DNA of 59,702 nucleotides, filler included. It is 4 parts of 4 records of this genome, joined end to end, with 100 filler letters (N's around TTAATTAATTAA, not from the genome) between each part and the next. Parts side by side here need not be neighbours in the genome. Positions count along the whole stretch, not along the records: positions 1 to 20,779 come from SRR2962707_4220; 3 more parts are not named here. The stretch is one strand, 5' to 3'. A program made the translations under genes and the position numbers. A model generated the notes under the pieces. It had not been told where the DNA came from. It worked only from the letters and a program-made list of their open reading frames with translations, and did not search any database. Numbering within the stretch: position 1 is the first letter of the stretch; the number at the start of each line of letters is the position of its first letter. This document shows, one piece after another, positions 9,282-19,047 of this stretch.

Positions 9282-9758
9282 ATGCAGTTAGACGCAATCG
9301 ATTTCGCCATTTTAAAGGCGCTCCAAAAAGATGGCCGATTAGCCAATGCCAGCCTTGCAGAACAAGTTGGCCTCTCGGCCTCTGCCTGTTCGCGCCGTTT
9401 AGATACATTGGAAAAAAATGGCGTCATTCGCGGCTATCATGCGCGTGTTTCAAATAAGAAACTGGGTCATGAGCTAACCGCCATCGTCAATATTTCGCTG
9501 TCGGGCCAATTTAAAGATACGCTGCGCGAATTTGAAGATGCGGTGAAGCGCTGCCCCAACATCATCGTGTGCTATCTGATGAGCGGCGAATATGACTACA
9601 CGCTGCGCATCGCGGCAAAAGATTTGGCTGATTATGAGCGCATTCACCGAGATTGGCTGACAGCCCTTCCCCATGTGGTGAAGATCAACACGTCCTTTGC
9701 GCTGCGCGAAATTATAGACCGCCCCAATGTCGGGATTGACCCTGAATTGGCGCGTTAA
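9282..9758 (+). CDS. aldR: Lrp/AsnC regulator divergent from ald (AldR)
   Basis: LDAIDFAILKALQKDGR..LAEQVGLSASAC HTH, MSGEYDY; divergent from ald. Confidence 0.85.
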   Translation: MQLDAIDFAILKALQKDGRLANASLAEQVGLSASACSRRLDTLEKNGVIRGYHARVSNKKLGHELTAIVNISLSGQFKDTLREFEDAVKRCPNIIVCYLMSGEYDYTLRIAAKDLADYERIHRDWLTALPHVVKINTSFALREIIDRPNVGIDPELAR

Positions 9759-11029
9759 ATCTCTATTTCGACGCCGAGCGCTTCAAGCACATTCCAATAG
9801 GTTGGAAAGGTTTTTGCCACGCAGGCCGGATCAAGCAGCGTAATACCGCCGGTCATCAAACCTGCCAGCGCAAAACTCATCGCAATGCGGTGATCGGCAA
9901 ATGTGTTGATATAAGTCGACACAACAGAGCAACCAGCCAGCGCCGGATCGGCGTGAATGATCAGATCATCGCCATCTTCTTCAGCCAGCCCCGCTTTGAT
10001 GCGGTTTAGCCCTTCGCTCATCGCGGCGATGCGGTCGCACTCTTTAACACGCAAATTCTCAATACCAACAAAGCGCACAGGCGTCTGATTATAGGCAGCA
10101 AGCACAGCAAGCGTTGGAATGGAATCCTGCATCTGGCTACCATCAATAATGGCCGGCATATTTGGATAGGCCGCAATATGCGCATAGCTTTTAGCGTCAG
10201 GCTGAGAAAAATCTTCTGCCTTCGTGCCAATATCAATTTTGCCGCCTGTCAGCGCTTCCATGGCCCATAAATAGGTCGCGGCCGATGCATCAGGCTCCAC
10301 ATGGAAATCAGTTGCCGTATAACCGGTCGGTTCAACCCGCCAATGGCTTGATGATATTTCTTCAACTTTGGCACCGAATGCACGCATGCCATCGAGCGTT
10401 AAATCAATATAGCCACGCGCGCCAATAGCATCGCCCGTCAAAACCACATCCACGGGCCCAGCGGCGAGCGGTGCAACCATTAAAAGCGCGGAAACATATT
10501 GGCTCGATAGTCCGCCATCAATTTCATAACGCCCTGCGGGCATCGCGCCAACGCCTTCGACAATCACAGGCGGGCAGCCAGTTGGCGCTGCTATTTTGAC
10601 ACCGATTTTCGCGAGCGCCTCAACCAGCGGACCAATTGGGCGCTTGCGCATATGTTCATCGCCATCAACGATCACCCGACCGTTAACGCTGGCCACCGCA
10701 GCGGTTAGAAACCGCGTTGCTGTGCCCGCATTCCCGAGGAACAATGGCTCTGCTGGCGCATTTAACGTGCCAGTGCTTGTAATTTCAAATGATGTTTCAT
10801 CGGGTTCGACAACATCAACGCCCATCGCCTTCAGCGCCACGCTCATATGGCCCGTATCATCGCTTTTCAGCGCGCCGGTGATCCGGCTTTTGCCTTTTGC
10901 AAGCGCAGCAAGCAGAAGCACGCGATTGGTGATAGATTTTGAACCGGGCGGTGACGCCTGCCCTTCAATTGGGCCATTAACCGGCAAAACACGCAGCCAA
11001 GGCGCTGCCAAAAAATCTCTAGAGCTCAT
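9755..11029 (-). CDS. aroA: 3-phosphoshikimate 1-carboxyvinyltransferase (EPSPS), G2-like class III
   Basis: PGSKSITNR, LGNAGTATRFLTAA, SSQYVSALLM, RVKECDR, DHRIAM; start set at MSSRD (upstream alternative 11068). Confidence 0.95.
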   Translation of the reverse strand: MSSRDFLAAPWLRVLPVNGPIEGQASPPGSKSITNRVLLLAALAKGKSRITGALKSDDTGHMSVALKAMGVDVVEPDETSFEITSTGTLNAPAEPLFLGNAGTATRFLTAAVASVNGRVIVDGDEHMRKRPIGPLVEALAKIGVKIAAPTGCPPVIVEGVGAMPAGRYEIDGGLSSQYVSALLMVAPLAAGPVDVVLTGDAIGARGYIDLTLDGMRAFGAKVEEISSSHWRVEPTGYTATDFHVEPDASAATYLWAMEALTGGKIDIGTKAEDFSQPDAKSYAHIAAYPNMPAIIDGSQMQDSIPTLAVLAAYNQTPVRFVGIENLRVKECDRIAAMSEGLNRIKAGLAEEDGDDLIIHADPALAGCSVVSTYINTFADHRIAMSFALAGLMTGGITLLDPACVAKTFPTYWNVLEALGVEIEI

Positions 11030-11098
11030 CGCCAAAATATCCCAGATTGTTGCCGGTTCTATGCCCAACAGCCACTTGGTGCGTCAAGTCCATTAAAC

Positions 11099-11410
11099 CT
11101 AAACCGGCTGGTTTTCATCGCCTTGCCAAATAAATGAACCATTTTGATCAATGATCATTTTTGCTTTAGAAACGCTTGACTTGATCGCTTCATCGCGGTT
11201 TTGCACCAAATCAGCGCGGATGAAGCGCCGAGAAATCGTTTCGCCATCCTTAGATTTAGTCAACGTGCCTGCAATGCGCCATTGGCCACCATCAGCCGCC
11301 ATCGGAATGCCGCGAATTTCCACACCCTTATAAACTTCGTTAGGCTCCAGCGTCGCAGGATCAACATTGTTGTTATCACCGCCAAAAAGACGCTTTAAAA
11401 ATCCAACCAT
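11099..11410 (-). CDS. HlyU-family (PF10115-like) small protein
   Basis: FLKRLFGG N-terminus, YKG..I...P...GGQWRIAG, FIRAD, KAKMIIDQNG. Confidence 0.75.
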   Translation of the reverse strand: MVGFLKRLFGGDNNNVDPATLEPNEVYKGVEIRGIPMAADGGQWRIAGTLTKSKDGETISRRFIRADLVQNRDEAIKSSVSKAKMIIDQNGSFIWQGDENQPV

Positions 11411-11522
11411 TTTATCCTCTTTCTTTTCGCTCTAACCAAACAGGTCAGATAGATGCGGTCAAGCCAATTGCAAGAACGCACAAGACCATTTACCCATAGA
11501 TTGAGTATGGGAGTATACCGTC

Positions 11523-12536
11523 ATGGATAGTGAAACAACACCTGACACAAAACCGAAAAAACGCGGAAAGCTGAAAATGTTTCTCCTTATCCTTGTGGCG
11601 TTATTCATTGCATTTTGCGCGGTTCTGATTGTTGGCCCGCGCGAAACATTCGATCCGACTTTGCGATTTAACGCTGCGCAAATCAGCGGCGATGTGGATG
11701 CATATCTGGCGGCAGAAGAAGCTGGCACGCCGAATGTTGTACCAACAGCAAACAAAGAGATCATTTGGGCTTACCCACATTCAAAGGCGAAAACACCGCT
11801 GGCGCTGGTCTATTTGCATGGCTTCTCTGCCTCCAAAGGCGAAACGCGGCCCGTGCCTGAAATGGCAGCAAAAGCGCTTGGCGCAAACCTGCTTTACACC
11901 CGCCTTAAAGGCCATGGCGCTGACAGCGCAGCAATGGCAGATGCAACGGGGCAAGACTGGATGGACGATGTCGCCGAAGCCATCGACATTGGAACTCGCA
12001 TTGGCCAAAAAGTTGTCGTGATCGGCACCTCAACGGGTGGCACGCTGGCAACAGTCGCTGCACTGCATCCAAAGCTCAAAGACAAAATAGCTGGATTGAT
12101 ACTGATTTCGCCTAATTTCAAAGTGAAGGCCGCAGGCGCAGAGCTTCTAACCCTGCCCTATGCGCGCACATGGGTTCCCATGCTTGTCGGTGCTGAACGC
12201 TCCTTTGAACCATCCAATGAAGCCCACGCGACCCTATGGACCACAAAATACCCAACAACTGCAATTTTGCCGATGATGGCATTGGTTTCCTATGCGGCTG
12301 CATTGCCTTATGAAAATATCACGCAGCCTGCGCTATTCATTTATTCCAATGAAGATCAGGTCGTCGATCCCGAAGCCACGGAAAAAGTCATCGCACGCTG
12401 GGGCGGTCAAACCACGGTCCATATTGTCAAAGATGCTGACGACAAAAACAGCCACGTTATTGCGGGAGATGCTTTATCGCCCAGCAAGAATGCGGAAGTT
12501 TCTGGTGTCATGACCGAGTGGTTACAGCAATTTTAA
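11523..12536 (+). CDS. Membrane-anchored alpha/beta hydrolase (lysophospholipase-like)
   Basis: N-terminal TM, HGFSAS, GTSTGG nucleophile elbow, DQVV Asp, HVIAG His. Confidence 0.85.
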   Translation: MDSETTPDTKPKKRGKLKMFLLILVALFIAFCAVLIVGPRETFDPTLRFNAAQISGDVDAYLAAEEAGTPNVVPTANKEIIWAYPHSKAKTPLALVYLHGFSASKGETRPVPEMAAKALGANLLYTRLKGHGADSAAMADATGQDWMDDVAEAIDIGTRIGQKVVVIGTSTGGTLATVAALHPKLKDKIAGLILISPNFKVKAAGAELLTLPYARTWVPMLVGAERSFEPSNEAHATLWTTKYPTTAILPMMALVSYAAALPYENITQPALFIYSNEDQVVDPEATEKVIARWGGQTTVHIVKDADDKNSHVIAGDALSPSKNAEVSGVMTEWLQQF

Positions 12537-13723
12537 GCGTCTTTCGGCCTCGCATTATGCGAGAATAAATAGATCGCAATCGCGATAATGAGCACAATGG
12601 CATAAAATCCAAATAGGTTCTGATACATCACCTGCGGCGCATTCGCGTCTGCGCTAAACTCGGTTACATAACCGCTGGCAAGCTGCATGATGCTTGTCCC
12701 ACCAATGGAAAAGAAGTTTAAAAGCGTCACGCCGCGTCCTGCCAGATGCTTGGGCAAATAGCTTTTGCCATGCGCCATGATCACGCCGTAAGTGCTGGCG
12801 CAAGCGCCAATAATGACAAATGAAATCGTTAGCTGAACAACACCGGCGAGAGGATTGAAACTGGCATAGATAAGCGCGGCGATAACCATTGAGATGCCGC
12901 CAACCACCACCCATTTGCGTGTATTGAAAATTGTATCGAGCGGCCCATAGATGAATGTTCCGGCTGTCATCGCGATTGCCATAAACAGCGAAACATTGCC
13001 GATAAGCAGTGCATCACCGCCATAAACATCGGCAAAAAATGGCCCGAGCCAAAGGCCGCGAATGCCCGCCCCCACAGAATAGGCAAAAAGCATAATCGGA
13101 ATGATCGGCCATAAGGCGCGCATCCGCAAAAGCTCAACAAAACCAGAAAAGCCAGAACTTGCGCCTTTGTCCGCCCGCTCTGGGTCTTTGACAAAAACCG
13201 CAATGGCAATAGAAACCAGCACCGTAAATACACCAATGGCAGTAACAACAGCGCGCCAGCCAAAAGCCTCGCTGGCCATCGCCATTGGCGACGCACTGAA
13301 AATATTGCCTAAATTGCCGATGCCGACCACAACGGAGGTTAAAAACGCAAAGCGCGCAGGCGTATATTTATTGACGAAAATAAAGAGCGAAGCCATCAAT
13401 ACCGGCGCGCAACCAACCCCGATTAGCCCCATCGCAATGATAATCATCAACGGTGATTGTGCGGCCGCAAATAAGAAAATACCGCCGCCGCCCGCAACGC
13501 CCAGCATCAATGCGGTTGTGCGGCGCGGCCCAAATCGATCAAGCCCGACACCAACGGCAAACTGCATGAGCGCGAAGGTCAAAAACCACATGCTCGATGC
13601 ACGTGCCAGATCGATATTTGTCGCCCCAAGATCGCTGATCAATGCGGGCGTCAACACAGCCAGAAATGAGCGATAAAATTGCGACAGCACATAGCCGAAC
13701 ACCAAAGCAATTAATCCGGCCAT
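12533..13723 (-). CDS. MFS transporter
   Basis: About 12 TM helices; LDRFGPRR motif A. Confidence 0.9.
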   Translation of the reverse strand: MAGLIALVFGYVLSQFYRSFLAVLTPALISDLGATNIDLARASSMWFLTFALMQFAVGVGLDRFGPRRTTALMLGVAGGGGIFLFAAAQSPLMIIIAMGLIGVGCAPVLMASLFIFVNKYTPARFAFLTSVVVGIGNLGNIFSASPMAMASEAFGWRAVVTAIGVFTVLVSIAIAVFVKDPERADKGASSGFSGFVELLRMRALWPIIPIMLFAYSVGAGIRGLWLGPFFADVYGGDALLIGNVSLFMAIAMTAGTFIYGPLDTIFNTRKWVVVGGISMVIAALIYASFNPLAGVVQLTISFVIIGACASTYGVIMAHGKSYLPKHLAGRGVTLLNFFSIGGTSIMQLASGYVTEFSADANAPQVMYQNLFGFYAIVLIIAIAIYLFSHNARPKDA

Positions 13724-13896
13724 GCATTATCCCTCACCAAGTTCCCAAATATGCGATACGCTGGGAAATTGCGTTCTGCAATCTGATTTGCGCCAAAAAA
13801 GAACCGCAAATGAAGTAGAATTCACATCAAAGTTACAACAAAGCTTGCCTATTGGTTCAAGATCACCAAAATACGATTCTAGGAGAAAATGACTAA

Positions 13897-15039
13897 ATGG
13901 ATATGCAGCCCGACGCCGCCATTACTCAAAACCGCAATGACCGGTTTAGAAATATCGTTTATGGGGTTGCGCTCGCATTGATGATTGGCTGGCTGCTCTA
14001 TATCGGCCAAAGCATTTTCATACCCATTATCGCCAGTGTCATTTTATCCTATATTATCATCGCGCTGGCTGGCAGCTTCAACTACCTGTCCATTGGCGGC
14101 AAAACAGTGCCTGCCCTTGTACGCTATGTGATCTCTATTTTGGTCATTGTCGGTGTCGTGACTGCCTTTGTGTTTTTGATCATTTCAAATATCAATCAAT
14201 TGATTGAAGTTGCACCGCTCTATCAGGCAAAATTGCTGACGATCATCCAAGGGATCGCAAGTTCCATTGGACGCGAATTTGATGTGCCAACTGAACCGAC
14301 ATGGGAAACCATCCGCCGCGACGTCATCGGCGGCATCAGCATTCAAGCCCTTTTAACATCTGCGGTTACATCCATTTCGGTGCTCGTTGGCTCGGTCTTT
14401 GTTGTCTTGGTATATACCGGCTTTGCGCTTGCCGAACGGGCGACCTTTGCAAAAAAGCTACAAAAACTGACCAATGACCAAGATTCAAGCGAACGCATTG
14501 CGGAACTTGTTTTCATTATCAACGAACGCATCGGCAATTATCTGGCGACAAAAACTTTGGTCAATCTGATTTTGGGTCTTCTCAGCTATGTGGTCATGGC
14601 CTTTGTCGGGTTGGATTTTGCTGCCTTCTGGGGCGTGTTGATCGCGCTGCTCAATTACATTCCCTATGTCGGTTCGTTCTTGGGCTTCATTTTTCCACTT
14701 GCCATCGCCATCGTTCAATTTGGCGATGTGAGCTGGATTATCGGCACTTCAATTGGCCTCATTGCGTGTCAGGTATTCGTCGGCAGCTTTTTAGAACCAA
14801 ACATGATGGGCAAATCGCTCAACCTCAGCCCTTTTGTCATTGTGGTATCATTGAGCGTTTGGGGCACATTATGGGGCATTGCCGGTGCGCTTTTGTCCGT
14901 GCCGATCACAGCGATTTTGGTGATCATTCTATCGGAATTTGAAGGCACACGCCCGATTGCAATCCTGCTCTCGCGCGCCGGCAAAATACCGCCGCGCCGT
15001 TATGAAAGCCCACACCCAGACGACCATGAGATGGTTTAG
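13897..15039 (+). CDS. AI-2E family transporter
   Basis: LNYIPYVGS, LEPNMMGKSLNLSP, WGIAGALLSVP motifs. Confidence 0.9.
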   Translation: MDMQPDAAITQNRNDRFRNIVYGVALALMIGWLLYIGQSIFIPIIASVILSYIIIALAGSFNYLSIGGKTVPALVRYVISILVIVGVVTAFVFLIISNINQLIEVAPLYQAKLLTIIQGIASSIGREFDVPTEPTWETIRRDVIGGISIQALLTSAVTSISVLVGSVFVVLVYTGFALAERATFAKKLQKLTNDQDSSERIAELVFIINERIGNYLATKTLVNLILGLLSYVVMAFVGLDFAAFWGVLIALLNYIPYVGSFLGFIFPLAIAIVQFGDVSWIIGTSIGLIACQVFVGSFLEPNMMGKSLNLSPFVIVVSLSVWGTLWGIAGALLSVPITAILVIILSEFEGTRPIAILLSRAGKIPPRRYESPHPDDHEMV

Positions 15040-15059
15040 ACGCTCATTAATCGCATGTG

Positions 15060-16313
15060 TTAAACAAGCAATCCGGCGACCAAATCATTATCAGTGATAT
15101 CTTGCCAAACGATGCCGGCGTCGCTCATGCGCGCCATTAGACCGGCGAAATTACCGGCATTTTTAGTCTCAATACCGATCAAAATAGAACCGAAATTGCG
15201 GGCAGATTTCTTCAAATATTCAAACCGTGCAATATCATCTTCAGGTCCAAGAAGATTGAGGAAATCGCGCAAAGCGCCCGGGCGTTGTGGCAGTCGCAGA
15301 ACGAAATATTTCTTCATGCCCTCAAAGCGCAAAGCGCGTTCTTTGACCTCTGCCAAGCGCTCGAAATCAAAATTGCCGCCCGATGCGATACACAGCACAT
15401 TTCGATTTTTAAGCTTTGCAGCAGCCACATCTTTAAGAGAATCAACGCTCAGCGCACCAGCAGGTTCAAGCACAATGCCTTCGACATTGAGCATCTGAAT
15501 AATCGTCGTACACAACCGATCTTCACTGATCAAATTGACCCGGTCCGCATCAAACTTTTTCAATATCTCAAATGGGTATTGGCCAATAAGTCCGACTGCG
15601 GCACCATCGACAAAATTATCAACATGCCCGACATCAATGCGCTTGCCCTCACGCAAGCTGGTTTTCAAACTCGGCGCACCTTTCGGTTCAACAAAGGTAA
15701 ATTCAGGACTAAGGCCAACATCATCAAAATAGCGCACCATGCCAGACGACAGGCCGCCGCCGCCAACGGCAACATGAATACGGTCAAAGCTCTTATCAGC
15801 ACCCAACTGGTCAATCACTTCATAGGCAACAGTTGCTTGACCTTCGATAATATCAGGATGATCAAACGGCGAAACCATGACCGCATCATTGGCCTTCGCA
15901 TAGTCATTTGCAGCGGCATAACATTGGTCAAAAATGTCTCCGACCAAACGAATTTCCACAGCACTGCCGCCAAAGGCGCGCGTTTTGTCAATTTTCTGCT
16001 GCGGCGTCGTCACCGGCATAAAGATCACGCCCTTTTTGCCCAAATATTGGCAAACGAAAGCAAAGCCCTGCGCGTGATTACCCGCTGACGCGCAAACGAA
16101 ACTTGATGGATTGGATTTTTCCAAACATTTGCGGAAAAAATTGAATGCGCCGCGAATCTTATAAGAGCGAACAGGCGAGAGATCTTCACGTTTGAGCCAA
16201 ATATTGGCGCCATAGCGCTGGCTTAAAAATACATTTTCCTGAAGCGGCGTTGCTTCAAAAAGGCCCCGCATAGCCTCAGCAGCAAGGGCTACATTGTCCG
16301 AGAATTCGCTCAT
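15060..16313 (-). CDS. ilvA: Threonine ammonia-lyase, biosynthetic short form
   Basis: LKREDLSPVRSYKIRGA, SAGNHAQG, GGGGL, SGGNFD, single C-terminal regulatory domain (PQRPGAL). Confidence 0.95.
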   Translation of the reverse strand: MSEFSDNVALAAEAMRGLFEATPLQENVFLSQRYGANIWLKREDLSPVRSYKIRGAFNFFRKCLEKSNPSSFVCASAGNHAQGFAFVCQYLGKKGVIFMPVTTPQQKIDKTRAFGGSAVEIRLVGDIFDQCYAAANDYAKANDAVMVSPFDHPDIIEGQATVAYEVIDQLGADKSFDRIHVAVGGGGLSSGMVRYFDDVGLSPEFTFVEPKGAPSLKTSLREGKRIDVGHVDNFVDGAAVGLIGQYPFEILKKFDADRVNLISEDRLCTTIIQMLNVEGIVLEPAGALSVDSLKDVAAAKLKNRNVLCIASGGNFDFERLAEVKERALRFEGMKKYFVLRLPQRPGALRDFLNLLGPEDDIARFEYLKKSARNFGSILIGIETKNAGNFAGLMARMSDAGIVWQDITDNDLVAGLLV

Positions 16314-16455
16314 TTATCTACTTTCAATAATCACTATTGATGAAATGTTTTGGCATTGCACCTATTGCCGGTGTATACGCCCCTTGGCTGCATTGCCAGT
16401 ATTGCGATTGATATCGTAGAAATACACAACGATCCAACGGAGCAAAGCCGCATCC

Positions 16456-17907
16456 ATGAATGGTACCATCCTGCGCAATGCGATCCATATCAGCGCTGTT
16501 TTTGCATTTTATCTTGCAACCGTCATGCTTATCCCTGGATTGGTGGATTTGTATCATGGCAACGCAGACTGGAAAGTATTCGCGGCCTCTGCATTTGGCA
16601 TTGGCGGCGTCTCCGCGCTAATCGCCGTTGCAACGCGCTCAGGACCGCCTGTGGTTTCGACGCGTTTTACCTTTCTGCTCGTCAATATGCTTTGGATGAC
16701 TTTCGTCGCCTGCGGTACAGTACCGTTGGCCCTCACCTCACAAAATTTGACACTAGCGGACGCCTTTTTTGAATCTGTGTCCGCCGCTACCGGCACAGGC
16801 GCGACCGTATTATCGGGACTTGATACGATGGCACCGGGCATTTTGCTCTGGCGCTCATTGCTGCAATGGGTCGGCGGCCTCGGCGTGATCGTGCTTGGTC
16901 TGTTTATTCTGCCATTCTTGAAAATCGGCGGCTCATCATTCTTTAAAATTGAGTCTTCGGACCGCTATGATCGCCCGTTCGCGCGCTTTACGACCTATGC
17001 AACATCCGTTGTGCTGACATATTCATTGCTCACATTAATTTGCGCCGTGCTTTACGCATGGTTTGGCATGAGCCGTTTTGATGCGATCAACCACGCCATG
17101 ACCACGCTGGCCACCGGCGGCATGTCTACCCACGATAATTCATTTGCTTTTTTCAACGACCAGCTCCACTGGGTTGCGATCATATTCATGTTGATTGGCG
17201 CGATGCCATTCACGATCATCGTCGTCATGGCTTTGCGCGGCCGTTTTGACAGTTTCAAAGACAACCAAGTGTTGGCCTTTCTCACCTATACGGCGTTGTT
17301 CTCGATCATTTTGACGATCCAGCTAAACCGGTCCGGCCTTATGGTTGGGTCTGAGGCTTTGGCCCACGCAACATTCAATCTGGTATCGATCATCACGACC
17401 ACCGGTTACTCCAACGATAACTACATGTTGTGGGGCCCATTTACCGATGGCATGATCCTGATCGCGACCTTTATGGGCGGGTGTTCAGGCTCAACCTCTG
17501 GCGGCATCAAAGCTTCTCGCTGGATCATTCTATTCGGCATTATCAAGCGTTCGCTCGAAACCTTCATCTACCCAAATGCTGTGCGCCCTGTGCGAAGCGG
17601 CACCGTTACGATGCCGGACCAAGTGTTGTTCGTGACGCTCATGTATTTTTGTACCTTCGGGCTCATCACCGCCGTATGCACCATTCTAGTTGCTCTCACG
17701 GGCGCAGATTTGGTGACCGCTTTTAGTGGCTCAATCAGTTCCATATCAAATGTGGGTCCGGGCCTTGGCGATGTTATCGGGCCGGTGGGAACATTTGCAC
17801 CGCTCTCTGAAGCAGCCAAATATATCCTATCGCTAGCGATGATATTCGGACGTCTGGAAATATTCACGCTGCTCGTTCTCTTTAGCCCAACATTTTGGCG
17901 TGAATAA
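16456..17907 (+). CDS. trkH: TrkH potassium uptake permease
   Basis: Pore loops FESVSAATGTG, LATGGMS, TTTGYS, SNVGPGLG; GRLE. Confidence 0.92.
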   Translation: MNGTILRNAIHISAVFAFYLATVMLIPGLVDLYHGNADWKVFAASAFGIGGVSALIAVATRSGPPVVSTRFTFLLVNMLWMTFVACGTVPLALTSQNLTLADAFFESVSAATGTGATVLSGLDTMAPGILLWRSLLQWVGGLGVIVLGLFILPFLKIGGSSFFKIESSDRYDRPFARFTTYATSVVLTYSLLTLICAVLYAWFGMSRFDAINHAMTTLATGGMSTHDNSFAFFNDQLHWVAIIFMLIGAMPFTIIVVMALRGRFDSFKDNQVLAFLTYTALFSIILTIQLNRSGLMVGSEALAHATFNLVSIITTTGYSNDNYMLWGPFTDGMILIATFMGGCSGSTSGGIKASRWIILFGIIKRSLETFIYPNAVRPVRSGTVTMPDQVLFVTLMYFCTFGLITAVCTILVALTGADLVTAFSGSISSISNVGPGLGDVIGPVGTFAPLSEAAKYILSLAMIFGRLEIFTLLVLFSPTFWRE

Positions 17908-19041
17908 ATGAATATTGGAAACCTCATAGAACTTAGACGCACCTTGCATCAAAACCCTGAATTATCGGGCAAAGAGCGTATGACCGCGTCACGCATTTTC
18001 CAATGGCTGCAAAATTGCAAAGGCGCGCATAAAATTTCCAATATAGGCGGCAATGGCATCGCCGCTGTTTTCGACAGCAAAGCGGAAGGCGATACAATTT
18101 TGTTTCGCTGTGAGCTTGATGCCCTGCCCATCATGGAAACCGGCACGCCAATGTGGCGGTCAAAAGTCGATAATGTTGGCCATCTATGCGGCCATGATGG
18201 CCATATGACAATCATGGCTGGCCTCGCGCATGAGCTGTCCGAAAACCCACCGAAAAAAGGCCGTGTCGTGCTGCTGTTCCAACCGGCAGAAGAAACCGGC
18301 GCTGGCGCACGCGCAGTGATTGACGATGAAAAATTTGCTTCTATCAAGCCAGATTATGCCTACGCGCTGCATAACCTCCCCGGTCTTGAGCTGGGTGAAG
18401 TGGGCATAAAATCAGGCCCGTTCAATTTTGCCTCCGAAGGTATTATCATCAATCTCGCGGGCATGACGTCGCACGCTTCGCACCCTGAAGATGCGATTAC
18501 GCCAACGCTTGCCGTGGCCGAAATCATATCCCGCCTGCCCGATATGCCAACCGAGCTTGGCCTCGAAGAAGGCACGGCACTTGTGACAATCGCCCACGCG
18601 CAAATTGGCAATGCGGCCTTCGGCATAACGCCGGGCGATGCGACGGTCTTTGCCGCAGTGCGGGCCATCACCGATGAAGCCCAAATAAGTTTAATGACCG
18701 CAATCGAAGAACGCGTGACCAAAATCGCAACAGATCACGGCTTAAAAATTACCATCGGCAAAGCAGAAAAATTTGTCAGTTGCCAGAATGATGATGACGC
18801 CACCAAGCGCATTGAAAATGCCGCTAACGCACTTGGCTGCAAAGTCCACACCTACGGCAAGCCCTTTCGTTGGTCGGAAGATTTTGGCCTTTTCGGCTCA
18901 GTATCAAAAGCCTCGCTTCTCGTTTTGGGCGCAGGCGTCGATCATTCTCAATTACATGCCTCTGATTACGATTTTCCCGAATCCATCATCCCGATCTCAA
19001 TTAAACTATTTGAGAAAATTGCACGCGATCACTGCGGATAA
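17908..19041 (+). CDS. M20 family amidohydrolase
   Basis: HQNPELSGKE, ELDALP, HLCGHDGH, FQPAEETG, SEDF; abuts trkH (TAA-ATG). Confidence 0.9.
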   Translation: MNIGNLIELRRTLHQNPELSGKERMTASRIFQWLQNCKGAHKISNIGGNGIAAVFDSKAEGDTILFRCELDALPIMETGTPMWRSKVDNVGHLCGHDGHMTIMAGLAHELSENPPKKGRVVLLFQPAEETGAGARAVIDDEKFASIKPDYAYALHNLPGLELGEVGIKSGPFNFASEGIIINLAGMTSHASHPEDAITPTLAVAEIISRLPDMPTELGLEEGTALVTIAHAQIGNAAFGITPGDATVFAAVRAITDEAQISLMTAIEERVTKIATDHGLKITIGKAEKFVSCQNDDDATKRIENAANALGCKVHTYGKPFRWSEDFGLFGSVSKASLLVLGAGVDHSQLHASDYDFPESIIPISIKLFEKIARDHCG

Positions 19042-19047
19042 ATTATT

